From Candidatus Methanomethylicia archaeon (lineage in GTDB: Archaea; Thermoproteota; Methanomethylicia; CALHIW01), in contig JAWBQF010000002.1 in assembly GCA_038845975.1 (NCBI GenBank), positions 32,001 to 96,000 of the forward strand: 64,000 nt of DNA. Direction: 5' to 3'. Shown one piece after another: positions 31,818 through 40,650 of this stretch; within the stretch, counting starts at the first letter, position 1; every line of letters begins with the position of its first letter. The notes beneath the pieces are model-generated. The model was not told the DNA's origin and searched no databases. It saw only the letters and a program-made list of their open reading frames with translations. The translations under genes were made by a program, and so were the position numbers.

Positions 31818-32729
31818 GTGATAAAGGTGTCTACAGCAAATATTAAGTATGAAGATAAGGTTGAAATACTTAGTCATCCATGCCTCTCAGATAAGGCGCA
31901 TTTTAAGTATTCACGTGTCCACTTGCCTTTAGCTGTTAAGTGTAATATTCAATGTAATTATTGTAGAAGAGGAATTAATAAGAGTATTATTAGACCTGGA
32001 TTGACAGCTAGAATACTTAGTGTTAATGAGGCTGTAAGCTATGTTGATGAAATTGTGAAAAGAGATATTAGACTTAAAGTTATTGCTGTAGCTGGACCTG
32101 GTGAGCCGTTATACAATAGGGAGACTTTTAATACTTTAAAAATAATTCATGAAAAATATCCTGATAAGATTATTTGTATAGCTACAAATGGACTTTCCTT
32201 ACCTGAAAATATAGAAAGGCTTAAAAGCATTGGTGTAAAAACATTAACAATAACCATTAACACTATTAATCCTGAAGTTGCTTCTAAAATATATGAATAT
32301 GTAATTATTAACGGTAAAAGGAGGAATGATATTGAGGCATATAGGGTTTTCATATTAAACCAGCTTAGGGGATTAGAGGCGGCAGTTAATGCTGGAATAA
32401 CTGTTAAAGTAAATACGGTGTTAATACCTGAAGTAAACATGAATCATGTAGTTGAAGTAGCTAGAAAGACTGCTGAGCTTGGAGCATACATTCAAAACAT
32501 AATACCTCTAATTCCACTATATAGATTTAGAAGACTTAGAACACCAACATGTGGGGAGCTTAGATTAATTCGTGAAGAATGTGAGAAATATATTAGACAG
32601 TTTCGTCTATGTAAGATGTGTAGAGCTGATGCTTACGGTATACCTGGATTAGAAAGTAGCTACGTAAGCACACTATATAAGAACTACATGCTACTATTAC
32701 ATGCTGGATATAGATCATTCCACGGCTAA
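31818..32729 (+). CDS. nifB: NifB-like radical SAM protein, single domain (no NifX domain)
   Basis: HPC, CNIQCNYC, AGPGEPL, KVNTVLIP, CKMCRADA. Confidence 0.88.
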   Translation: MIKVSTANIKYEDKVEILSHPCLSDKAHFKYSRVHLPLAVKCNIQCNYCRRGINKSIIRPGLTARILSVNEAVSYVDEIVKRDIRLKVIAVAGPGEPLYNRETFNTLKIIHEKYPDKIICIATNGLSLPENIERLKSIGVKTLTITINTINPEVASKIYEYVIINGKRRNDIEAYRVFILNQLRGLEAAVNAGITVKVNTVLIPEVNMNHVVEVARKTAELGAYIQNIIPLIPLYRFRRLRTPTCGELRLIREECEKYIRQFRLCKMCRADAYGIPGLESSYVSTLYKNYMLLLHAGYRSFHG

Positions 32730-32864
32730 CTAATACTATAACTTAATATTAAACTTATAAAACAATGCTAGCAATCTATGGTTAGCTGAAGAAAATATTA
32801 AGTTTACTTTATGAAGATTTAGTATTAGTTTTCCTCCTCATATTTTTGTATGTATACTTGTATT

Positions 32865-34337
32865 TTAGCTAATTTGCTTAGTATTCGGGTTAAGTTTTCC
32901 CTTATATGGAAGAATGCAGCCCATACCTTTATTACCGCCTAGAGGATTCTGCGGGTTTCCAAATGCGTGCATGCATTTAGCCATTACAGCTGCTCCAAGT
33001 GCTAATCCATCTTCAACAAATACAACCATATCTTCAACTTTAAGGCTTTTATAAAGGTTTAAGTCATCAATGTATTTAAGGATAATTTTAGGTTTAAATC
33101 CTGTTATACCTGCTCTACCAGTAATTCCAATACTGTATTTTTCAGATATTATTCCACTAGATATTAGAATTTCAATTATTCTTTTTACAGCTATTGATTG
33201 AACGAAATCAAGAATTAATGGCATATTATTTGAGCCATAGTCTTCAATAAACTGTCTTCCAAGATCTCTAAGTTTAGGTATTTGATCACCATTATAACCA
33301 ATATCGCATCCAATAAGTAAAATATTTGCTTTAAAGGCAGCTGTTGAATTTATAGGTATCATTCCATATTTAAATACACCGGGAGGTATCTTTTCAATTC
33401 TAACATATTTATGTACTTCATTAGCTAGCTGTTCGGCAACTTCAAATTCTTCTATACTCTTAGCATTATGATGGGGGAATTCAATTACACTATCATATCC
33501 AGCTCCCTGAATAATGGAGTCACTAATAGCTCCACCTAGACCAGTTATGCTACCAATAGTTTCACCGTATGGTAGACAATCATTAATTACCCTACCTTTA
33601 AGAGTTGTTCCGAAATCCATTGTAATAACTGGATTCCTGAAATCAACATTAATCAATTTAGCACCTATCTTAATACCTGCTGTAGATAGTTCAGCCTCCA
33701 TTTCATTAGCCATTATTTCACTATAGGATTTAGGTGGTAGAGAACCGGCAATAGCTCCAGTAAATTGGGAGAGATTAAGTTTAGAGTATTCTCTAATGTT
33801 TAACGGTATATATTCCTTGGTAAGAGGAGCAATCATTCTTGATGGATGAATTTTAGCTTTTAAACATCCCTTAGCTAATGCCTTAATCATTCTACCAACT
33901 TCTTCAGGTGTATTGAAGCTTGATGTAACACCAGTAGATCTAACAACAAAGTGTATATCGTCAATACTTAAACCAGAACTAACTACTGTTTCAGTAATTA
34001 TATCTGCTATAAACTCAGCAATGGATTCTTCTGATAGTGGCTTACCCCATAGGGTTCTACTGAAAACATCTTCTCCAGCTTTAGGATTTCTAGCTTCCTT
34101 AGTTAACTTAACAGTTTTTCTAACGAGATATGTTCTACCAGTTTTTAAATCAGTAGCGGTTACAATACATTTAGTTGTAGTATTACCAAGTTCTACAGAT
34201 ACAACTATGAAGAGAGGGGGTTTGTATGTATTCTCTATACTTGATCTTTCTAGGCCTAAAATTTCACTAATACTATGGTATTTACTACGTGTAATTTTGG
34301 GATTGTATTTATCATATGGATTTCTTTTAAAAAACAA
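32865..34337 (-). CDS. Methanogenesis marker protein 14 (DUF2114)
   Basis: SVELGNTTTKCI, FVVRSTGV, NEMEAELSTAG, MDFGTTL, EDGLALGAAVMA; directly after mtrH. Confidence 0.88.
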   Translation of the reverse strand: MFFKRNPYDKYNPKITRSKYHSISEILGLERSSIENTYKPPLFIVVSVELGNTTTKCIVTATDLKTGRTYLVRKTVKLTKEARNPKAGEDVFSRTLWGKPLSEESIAEFIADIITETVVSSGLSIDDIHFVVRSTGVTSSFNTPEEVGRMIKALAKGCLKAKIHPSRMIAPLTKEYIPLNIREYSKLNLSQFTGAIAGSLPPKSYSEIMANEMEAELSTAGIKIGAKLINVDFRNPVITMDFGTTLKGRVINDCLPYGETIGSITGLGGAISDSIIQGAGYDSVIEFPHHNAKSIEEFEVAEQLANEVHKYVRIEKIPPGVFKYGMIPINSTAAFKANILLIGCDIGYNGDQIPKLRDLGRQFIEDYGSNNMPLILDFVQSIAVKRIIEILISSGIISEKYSIGITGRAGITGFKPKIILKYIDDLNLYKSLKVEDMVVFVEDGLALGAAVMAKCMHAFGNPQNPLGGNKGMGCILPYKGKLNPNTKQIS

Positions 34338-34346
34338 TACTATTCA

Positions 34347-35306
34347 CTACTTCAATAATACAAGTTTTCTGAATGGATGGTTTTCAATAGGTACTATATC
34401 TTCAAACTCGCTATGTACTGCTTCAGCAACTATGGAGTCAGCCATGGCAATAATTGGGAAGACTAGGGGAGCATTCTCAATAGGTCCATAGAGTATAAAG
34501 TTTCCACCGGTTAAAACCTGGAGAATATTGCTTGCTACATCGCATGTCTTAGCTATTTCCCTACCTTCAGAAATGGATTTTTTAACTTTTTTAAGCCACT
34601 CCCAGGCAGATACTGCGTTATGTATACCACTACCTACGGGAAGACCGAGTTTAGCTTTAATTACATAGGTTGACATTAGGGATGGCCCTGCACCGGAGCC
34701 TAATGGTAGAATAGCTACATCTATGAGTGGTTTAGATATCCCAGTTTCCTTAGCTATTTCCAGTAGTCCTCTAGACGTAACTCCTGGAATGCTCTTAGTT
34801 AATAAGTCAATTTTACCCTTAACAGTTATATCTTTAGGATTAAACGCAAGAATGATTGAGGCTTTAATTTTAAGACTATTTAAGGTTTTAATCTCTTCAT
34901 CTGTGATTGATGGATTAATAGAATTGTATATTACTTTATCAATTAATCCGATTTCAGCCGCATAATTTACTCCTTCAATTCTTGTTTTAGCATCTGTTGA
35001 ATCGACTAGAAATGGTGTTTTAGATATTGAAGATATGAAGTCTATATATTTCTTCATAGCTTCAGGAGATTCGGAGAAGACTTGTATAAGATGTGGATTA
35101 CCTGTAATATCGGATATTTCCTCCTGCTTCTTGATAAGTGATTCGGCTATAGCTTTATCGAAAATACCCTTTCTAGGATCTGAAACAATTTTATGACCTC
35201 CATAAAATATTGTACCAGCAAGAACTGTTGGATATTCTCCTGGTTGACCTCCAATTTTAACATTACCAATTTCAAAAACAGCCTGCTCCCTACTAAACTT
35301 AAACAT
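34347..35306 (-). CDS. mtrH: Tetrahydromethanopterin S-methyltransferase subunit H
   Basis: GGQPGEYPTVLAGTIFY, IYNSIN, GIHNAVSAWEWL, LYGPIE. Confidence 0.96.
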   Translation of the reverse strand: MFKFSREQAVFEIGNVKIGGQPGEYPTVLAGTIFYGGHKIVSDPRKGIFDKAIAESLIKKQEEISDITGNPHLIQVFSESPEAMKKYIDFISSISKTPFLVDSTDAKTRIEGVNYAAEIGLIDKVIYNSINPSITDEEIKTLNSLKIKASIILAFNPKDITVKGKIDLLTKSIPGVTSRGLLEIAKETGISKPLIDVAILPLGSGAGPSLMSTYVIKAKLGLPVGSGIHNAVSAWEWLKKVKKSISEGREIAKTCDVASNILQVLTGGNFILYGPIENAPLVFPIIAMADSIVAEAVHSEFEDIVPIENHPFRKLVLLK

Positions 35307-35314
35307 TAAACCAC

Positions 35315-35542
35315 CTAGATTAATCCTAATAAATACTTAAGGATAATAGTTATTATGAATCCAGATAATATACCATAAATAAAGCCAATATGCATCCCTA
35401 TCTTTAAACCTTCTCTTTGAGATATTTCACCTAAGACAAATTCTACACGTTCATCTATCATGTTTAACTTATCTATTAAAGCTTTAAACTCATCTATTGG
35501 AGCAACTGTAACAGGTATTGTTTGTATTTCATCTTTAACCAT
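35315..35542 (-). CDS. mtrG: Mtr subunit G
   Basis: IDERVEF..EISQREG..IG..YG plus TM helix; operon position. Confidence 0.9.
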   Translation of the reverse strand: MVKDEIQTIPVTVAPIDEFKALIDKLNMIDERVEFVLGEISQREGLKIGMHIGFIYGILSGFIITIILKYLLGLI

Positions 35543-35550
35543 TTAACCAC

Positions 35551-35754
35551 CTACAAGTAGTGAAGTATAAGCCCAAATAATATAAGTGAAATAGTAATAC
35601 CTACTACAAACCCCTTAACAATTCCTGCATAAAAACCGGAGGCAAACCTTGTTTCACGACCAATCATCATAATTCTAGTTTTAATATCTGATATTCTAGC
35701 CTCAATTATGGATGTTTCAGCAGTATATATTGATTTATCCAGTTTATTAGACAT
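35551..35754 (-). CDS. Small Mtr stalk subunit in the mtrF position; sequence resembles the C-terminal anchor of canonical MtrA
   Basis: ETSIIEARI..I.T..MIG...RF.SG.YAG.V.G plus TM helix. Confidence 0.8.
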   Translation of the reverse strand: MSNKLDKSIYTAETSIIEARISDIKTRIMMIGRETRFASGFYAGIVKGFVVGITISLILFGLILHYL

Positions 35755-35758
35755 TTCA

Positions 35759-36496
35759 TCACCATATTATCGTTAAGAGTAGGGTAATGTATAGTAGAAG
35801 GGAGATTAATATACCTATCGATACGCCTAAACCTCTTAAATAGGTAATAGCGCTTGTAAGTCTAAGTGTTCTACCTAGAATTTGAACTCTATACCTAATA
35901 TCTTCAAGAAGCTGCTGAGCATTATCGATTACTGGATTTATAGATCCAGCTAGTGGAATTCTTACAGTAATGGGTTTAGCTATAGCCTCCTCAACCTTAA
36001 TGATTAATGGATCAGCAGGATATGCACCTGGATTCCTTAAGGCAAGATCTTCTATTGTTTTCCTTATTATATTTAAATCCTCAACATTAATAAGATTTAC
36101 AAGCTCTACTTGACTTCTAAATCTCTCAATAGCTTCAGGAGTTAAATGTTCAACGAAAGGTATAGCACCAGGTGCATTTTTAATTTTCTTGCTTTCATCA
36201 ATACCGTTCCTCCATAAAGCCTCAATACTTCCACCAGTAACATGACCAGTAACTTCTACTCCACATATTACTAGAAACCTAATATTAGGGTTTGAAATAA
36301 TGTTTGCAATCATCTTCTCAATTCCAATATTTTCGGTTTTACATGGACCAGCTATTGCAACACCAGGTATTGAAGCTACCTTCTTTACAAGTGCTTCACT
36401 AGATAATAGACATACTGCAACAGGTGCTTTAGGATCTGAAACTATAAATTCACCAGTTACTATAGGCCATTCCTGAGCAGGTTCAACCTTACTCAT
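35759..36496 (-). CDS. mtrA: Mtr subunit A corrinoid domain with an MtrF-like C-terminal stalk
   Basis: GPCKTENIGIEK, SNPNIRF, EVTGHVTG (Co-ligating His); tail EDIRYRVQILGR..RL. Confidence 0.93.
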   Translation of the reverse strand: MSKVEPAQEWPIVTGEFIVSDPKAPVAVCLLSSEALVKKVASIPGVAIAGPCKTENIGIEKMIANIISNPNIRFLVICGVEVTGHVTGGSIEALWRNGIDESKKIKNAPGAIPFVEHLTPEAIERFRSQVELVNLINVEDLNIIRKTIEDLALRNPGAYPADPLIIKVEEAIAKPITVRIPLAGSINPVIDNAQQLLEDIRYRVQILGRTLRLTSAITYLRGLGVSIGILISLLLYITLLLTIIW

Positions 36497-36500
36497 ACAT

Positions 36501-36809
36501 TTACCCTCTTAAGGAGATAAATAGGATAATTAAGCTGAAAACAAGAGACCCAATAAGAAAGCCTAAAGCAATATTACTGAGTAAACCTATACTTCTATAT
36601 AGACCGTTTCTACCAGGTCTTGAGGATACTAGTGGAGATGATTTTGGATTAAGAGATAGGAGAAGTTCTCTTGATAGAAGGTCAAGCTCATCAATAATTT
36701 TGTATAAAGGAGATAAGTTTAAGTAGGCTACATCAGATCTAGATTCTCCAATAAGCTTATAATCTTCATCAAGTACTATATTTATTCTAGAAGATATCAA
36801 TATCGTCAT
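36501..36809 (-). CDS. mtrB: Mtr subunit B
   Basis: L..SLNP...S.PGR.G plus TM helix; ATGA overlap with mtrC. Confidence 0.88.
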   Translation of the reverse strand: MTILISSRINIVLDEDYKLIGESRSDVAYLNLSPLYKIIDELDLLSRELLLSLNPKSSPLVSSRPGRNGLYRSIGLLSNIALGFLIGSLVFSLIILFISLRG

Positions 36810-37624
36810 TCTAAACCACCTCTACCAGGTATACCTGTCCATAGAGTTGAAGCTGCTTCTCTTCTACATGCATTGTAGAGGCTTATTAATCCATAAATCC
36901 ATATTAATCCCCCAATAGCGATCATTATTATTGCCTCATTAACCATCCATGGCCTTCCAAGTATTCCAGCATTTCCAAGCCTTACAATACCGGATAAACA
37001 TATTGTTACACCGGAAGTTACAGTAGCTATTCTTAAAGTTCTACCCTGCCTTTCATCAGCACCTAAACCTGCATTAAATGGATGGAATATGGCTAATGTT
37101 GAAGCCCAATATATAGCTGCAATAAATCCAGTCCAAAATAATGCTTTAACAACATCATCATTTAAAAAACCATTAAAAACCATCGGTAATAAATCGGTTT
37201 TAGCAACCCCTACTACTAAACATGTAAGTGTTAGGTACCCAGCTAGGGATAACTCAGTAATTAGTCTTGGAAAGTGAGGTATTTTAAGTATTTTAAGCCT
37301 TGATATTATAACGCCAAATATAAAGCCTGTAGCTGCAGCTATTAATACACCTAGTATTGGGCTATACTTTAATCCTACAAGAGAGGAGAGAATACCTATA
37401 CTTACTGAGAGATTACCTATTGATGGAACACCCGTACCTAAACCATAGGATGCGATTCTCCTTACAGTATCAGCTCCCCAAATAATCGATGGAATAGCGA
37501 GTATTGCTGCTAGAGATGGTATACCTAGACATATACTGAGTAAACTTAAAACTATAGCTATAACTGCTAAATAGCTGGAGCTTACTGAAATCCTTTTCTC
37601 AGTTAATACACTAATATGAGTCAT
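36806..37624 (-). CDS. mtrC: Mtr subunit C
   Basis: WGADTVRRIASYGLGTGVPSIG, HPFNA..RTL. Confidence 0.95.
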   Translation of the reverse strand: MTHISVLTEKRISVSSSYLAVIAIVLSLLSICLGIPSLAAILAIPSIIWGADTVRRIASYGLGTGVPSIGNLSVSIGILSSLVGLKYSPILGVLIAAATGFIFGVIISRLKILKIPHFPRLITELSLAGYLTLTCLVVGVAKTDLLPMVFNGFLNDDVVKALFWTGFIAAIYWASTLAIFHPFNAGLGADERQGRTLRIATVTSGVTICLSGIVRLGNAGILGRPWMVNEAIIMIAIGGLIWIYGLISLYNACRREAASTLWTGIPGRGGLE

Positions 37625-37633
37625 AAAACCACC

Positions 37634-38389
37634 TTACAGTATAAACAATAATGTAATACATCCAAAAACTATTGATGCTAGAAAACATGCTAAAGCGGTT
37701 CTCGGAGTATTCTTAAATTTCGGATCCCACCATCCCTCTATAACACCTCTAATCGCATAAGCTGTAATGTTTGCATTGATTAGAAACATTCCAAGTGCTA
37801 TAGTAGCTGCAATAACAATACTTGAAAGAACATTACTACTAGATACTTCAATTAGCTGTGAAAATATAGCTTCTATAGATGGTGTTAAACCTAAGGCTTT
37901 AATTACTAATAGTCTAAATACCGGTATAAAAGTTAATGCTCCACCAAGCCCACCTAGAAAGGCTCCAATAATGCCACTTATAAAGCACGCTGTTGGAATA
38001 CCGTGACCAGTTGTACCTGGTGTAATGTAGATTTTAACATTTTCACCAGTTATTGGATCCTTCTCCCTCGTATATAATGCTGGAGGAACACCACGTCCAT
38101 AAACAGCTAGGAAGTTACATATTAACATTACTGTTGACATCATTATAGCTGAGCTTAAACCTGCATTAACCATAACTATTAATCCATTCTCTCTAAACAA
38201 TACTGCTGACATTAAAATGCCTGTAATTCCGGATCCTGTAAGCATCATTTCAGCGCCTGTAGCGATTCCAGTTGAGGTAAACATAGCTGCTGGAGCTCCA
38301 CCAATAGGTAGAAGCATAGTACCAATGGAGATTAAGATACCTGCAATAGCTATAGCTATTAGGATAATTATCAGTATGAGGAAATCCAT
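37634..38389 (-). CDS. mtrD: Mtr subunit D
   Basis: GGAPAAM, DPITG..YITPGTTGHGIPT, IEGWWDPKFK. Confidence 0.95.
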   Translation of the reverse strand: MDFLILIIILIAIAIAGILISIGTMLLPIGGAPAAMFTSTGIATGAEMMLTGSGITGILMSAVLFRENGLIVMVNAGLSSAIMMSTVMLICNFLAVYGRGVPPALYTREKDPITGENVKIYITPGTTGHGIPTACFISGIIGAFLGGLGGALTFIPVFRLLVIKALGLTPSIEAIFSQLIEVSSSNVLSSIVIAATIALGMFLINANITAYAIRGVIEGWWDPKFKNTPRTALACFLASIVFGCITLLFIL

Positions 38390-39336
38390 TACTTCCCACC
38401 TTCCAGCTTAATATTCTCCATGTATGGTCCAAACTTTCTACGAGCCCAAACCTCAATCCATCTATTAACTAGGAAAAGCATAAACACTATTACTAACCCT
38501 ATACATACATTTAAAAATACTTGCCCATATATATTACCTAGAAATATTCTAAAATTATCAAATAGTAGAATTAATCCGTAACATAAGCCAGCCATCATAC
38601 TACCATACTTAGTACAGAACCATACAGTATCAATACTATTCCTCCAGCCAAGTTCAGCTTTAATAGTTATATTTCCATAATACTTTGTAGATACACCCTC
38701 TCCATAAACTGTATGCTGGTAAAGTCTTTCACCACCATAGTGAGTATCACCTGTAGAAGATCCTATTGAACCGGAAATAATTCCAAGCATTAATGTAAGC
38801 ATTGGAATTGCTACTGGATAGCCTATATATCTACTAATATCAGCATTAAAGATAATGCTTGTTGAGGCTGTATACATTATATATGATATTGTTAAAATGG
38901 TTAGCGTAACCATGAAACCATGAGTACCTATCAACGGTAAGTGGCTTACTAGAACGTCAATATATATTGGCTGCCCAAATCTTCTCTGACTTGTTATTCT
39001 ACCTAGATAAGCTGTAGTAGCAAACGTCATATGGAATAGTGTTGTTAAACCACATGATAAAGGTATTGAAATTAATGGATGAATATTCCATCCAAGCCAT
39101 AAAGCTACAAAAATAGTTCCTGCAGTCATACACCACATACCATTCGATACAGGCTCCCCAGATATAGCCTTATTGAAAAATCTATGTATAGTACCTACTT
39201 GCGGTGCAAGCTGTACTTGAGAATTTGGATTACTTTGAGAACCTATATCGGATTCTGCATCCTCAAACCATCCAGCAATAGTAATTAAACCTACAATTAA
39301 TGCTAATACTCCAATAGCTATTAATATAGGCTCCAT
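38389..39336 (-). CDS. mtrE: Mtr subunit E
   Basis: ESDIGSQSNPNSQVQLA, NKAISGEP, SSTGDTHYG; TAATG overlap with mtrD. Confidence 0.96.
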   Translation of the reverse strand: MEPILIAIGVLALIVGLITIAGWFEDAESDIGSQSNPNSQVQLAPQVGTIHRFFNKAISGEPVSNGMWCMTAGTIFVALWLGWNIHPLISIPLSCGLTTLFHMTFATTAYLGRITSQRRFGQPIYIDVLVSHLPLIGTHGFMVTLTILTISYIMYTASTSIIFNADISRYIGYPVAIPMLTLMLGIISGSIGSSTGDTHYGGERLYQHTVYGEGVSTKYYGNITIKAELGWRNSIDTVWFCTKYGSMMAGLCYGLILLFDNFRIFLGNIYGQVFLNVCIGLVIVFMLFLVNRWIEVWARRKFGPYMENIKLEGGK

Positions 39337-39366
39337 AGCATCGCCTACATTCTAAAACCAGTAGAG

Positions 39367-39380
39367 TTATAAATCTTTCT
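39367..39380 (-). promoter_or_regulatory. BRE-TATA promoter of the mtr operon
   Basis: AGAAAGATTTATAA about 30 bp upstream of the mtrE start. Confidence 0.55.
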
Positions 39381-39504
39381 TAACATATAAGACTTCATAG
39401 CTACTATTTTATTCTCCTTAGGGCTTCTTGATAATGTATAATTGGATATTAGCATTACGATTTGTATACCCTAAAATTTAATAATAGGCTACTACAGCTA
39501 GTTT

Positions 39505-40647
39505 GTGGATGGATTAAGTCTATATAGGAATATAGTTGATCTATGTGTTAGCTGTAGATGTGGGAAATGCTTAGATTCATGTCCAATATATAGAGTTGTA
39601 AGAAGGGAGATGGTAAGCCCTAGAGGGAAGCTGAAAGTAATACATGCATACCTTAAAGGGGAAATTTCTCCTTCAGAAAGCTTACTGGAAAGCATAGCGT
39701 ACTGTACCTTATGTTTAGCCTGTGAAGTCAACTGCGGGATAAATAGGTTAACAAGCATGCATATAAGTATGAGTAGGATAATACCCTCCTTTAGATGGGA
39801 GCTTATAAAGAATGGTTATGAGCTTCCACAATATAAATCTATTATAGATGCAGTATGGAAGACTGATAATATATTTGGTGATGTTAACCATAAGTCTAAA
39901 CAGCAAATTCATAGTGGAGATGTTGAAGTTATTTATTGGTCTGGTTGTGTAGCATCAGTTAGGAGAAGAAATATAGATATATCGATAAGCAGTATTTTAA
40001 GTAAGCTTAAAGTAGATTTTAAATCATTAAATAATTTATGCTGTGGATACCCATTATATCAGATAGGTTACTGGAAGGATTTAGAGGCTATAATCGATAA
40101 AAACATGGAAGTCATTAGGAGACTGGATTCGAATACTGTGGTTAGTAGTTGTCCAGCATGCATAGGGTTTATTAGAGATTTTTATCCTAAAATAGTTGAG
40201 GGAAAACTACCGTTTAGGGTTAAGCATATTTCTGAAGTATTTCAAGAATATGTTGAAAGCGGAGATTTAAAGCTAAATTTTGAGGATAGAGATATAGCTG
40301 TAGCTTATCATGATCCATGCCATTTAGCTAGATACTTAAATATTTATGATCAGCCTAGAAATATCTTAAAGAATATGAATATCAATCTTATAGAAATGGA
40401 GAAGAACAAGTTAGAAACTGAATGCTGTGGTGGTGGGGTTAGGTTAGTATTACCTGAATTATCAACAACAATCGCAGCTCAAAGAATTCTTACAATACCT
40501 AAGAATACAAATTACCTATTAACATCATGTCCAACATGTACGATAAATCTAGGTGATGGAGTAACTATTGCTAAGGTGCTTTACGATTTTAATACTGACG
40601 TTAAGGTTATGGATTTAGCTGAATTTATTTGTCAATTCATAAAGTAA
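39505..40647 (+). CDS. HdrD/GlcF-like Fe-S protein (two [4Fe-4S] motifs + two CCG domains)
   Basis: C..C.CGKC...CP, CTLCLAC...C, CCG..SSCPAC, YHDPC..CCGGG..TSCPTC. Confidence 0.9.
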   Translation: MDGLSLYRNIVDLCVSCRCGKCLDSCPIYRVVRREMVSPRGKLKVIHAYLKGEISPSESLLESIAYCTLCLACEVNCGINRLTSMHISMSRIIPSFRWELIKNGYELPQYKSIIDAVWKTDNIFGDVNHKSKQQIHSGDVEVIYWSGCVASVRRRNIDISISSILSKLKVDFKSLNNLCCGYPLYQIGYWKDLEAIIDKNMEVIRRLDSNTVVSSCPACIGFIRDFYPKIVEGKLPFRVKHISEVFQEYVESGDLKLNFEDRDIAVAYHDPCHLARYLNIYDQPRNILKNMNINLIEMEKNKLETECCGGGVRLVLPELSTTIAAQRILTIPKNTNYLLTSCPTCTINLGDGVTIAKVLYDFNTDVKVMDLAEFICQFIK

Positions 40648-40650
40648 AGT

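Noticed and set aside
31818-32729. Nitrogen fixation cluster
   Set aside because: Only nifB is present; no structural nif genes in the window.
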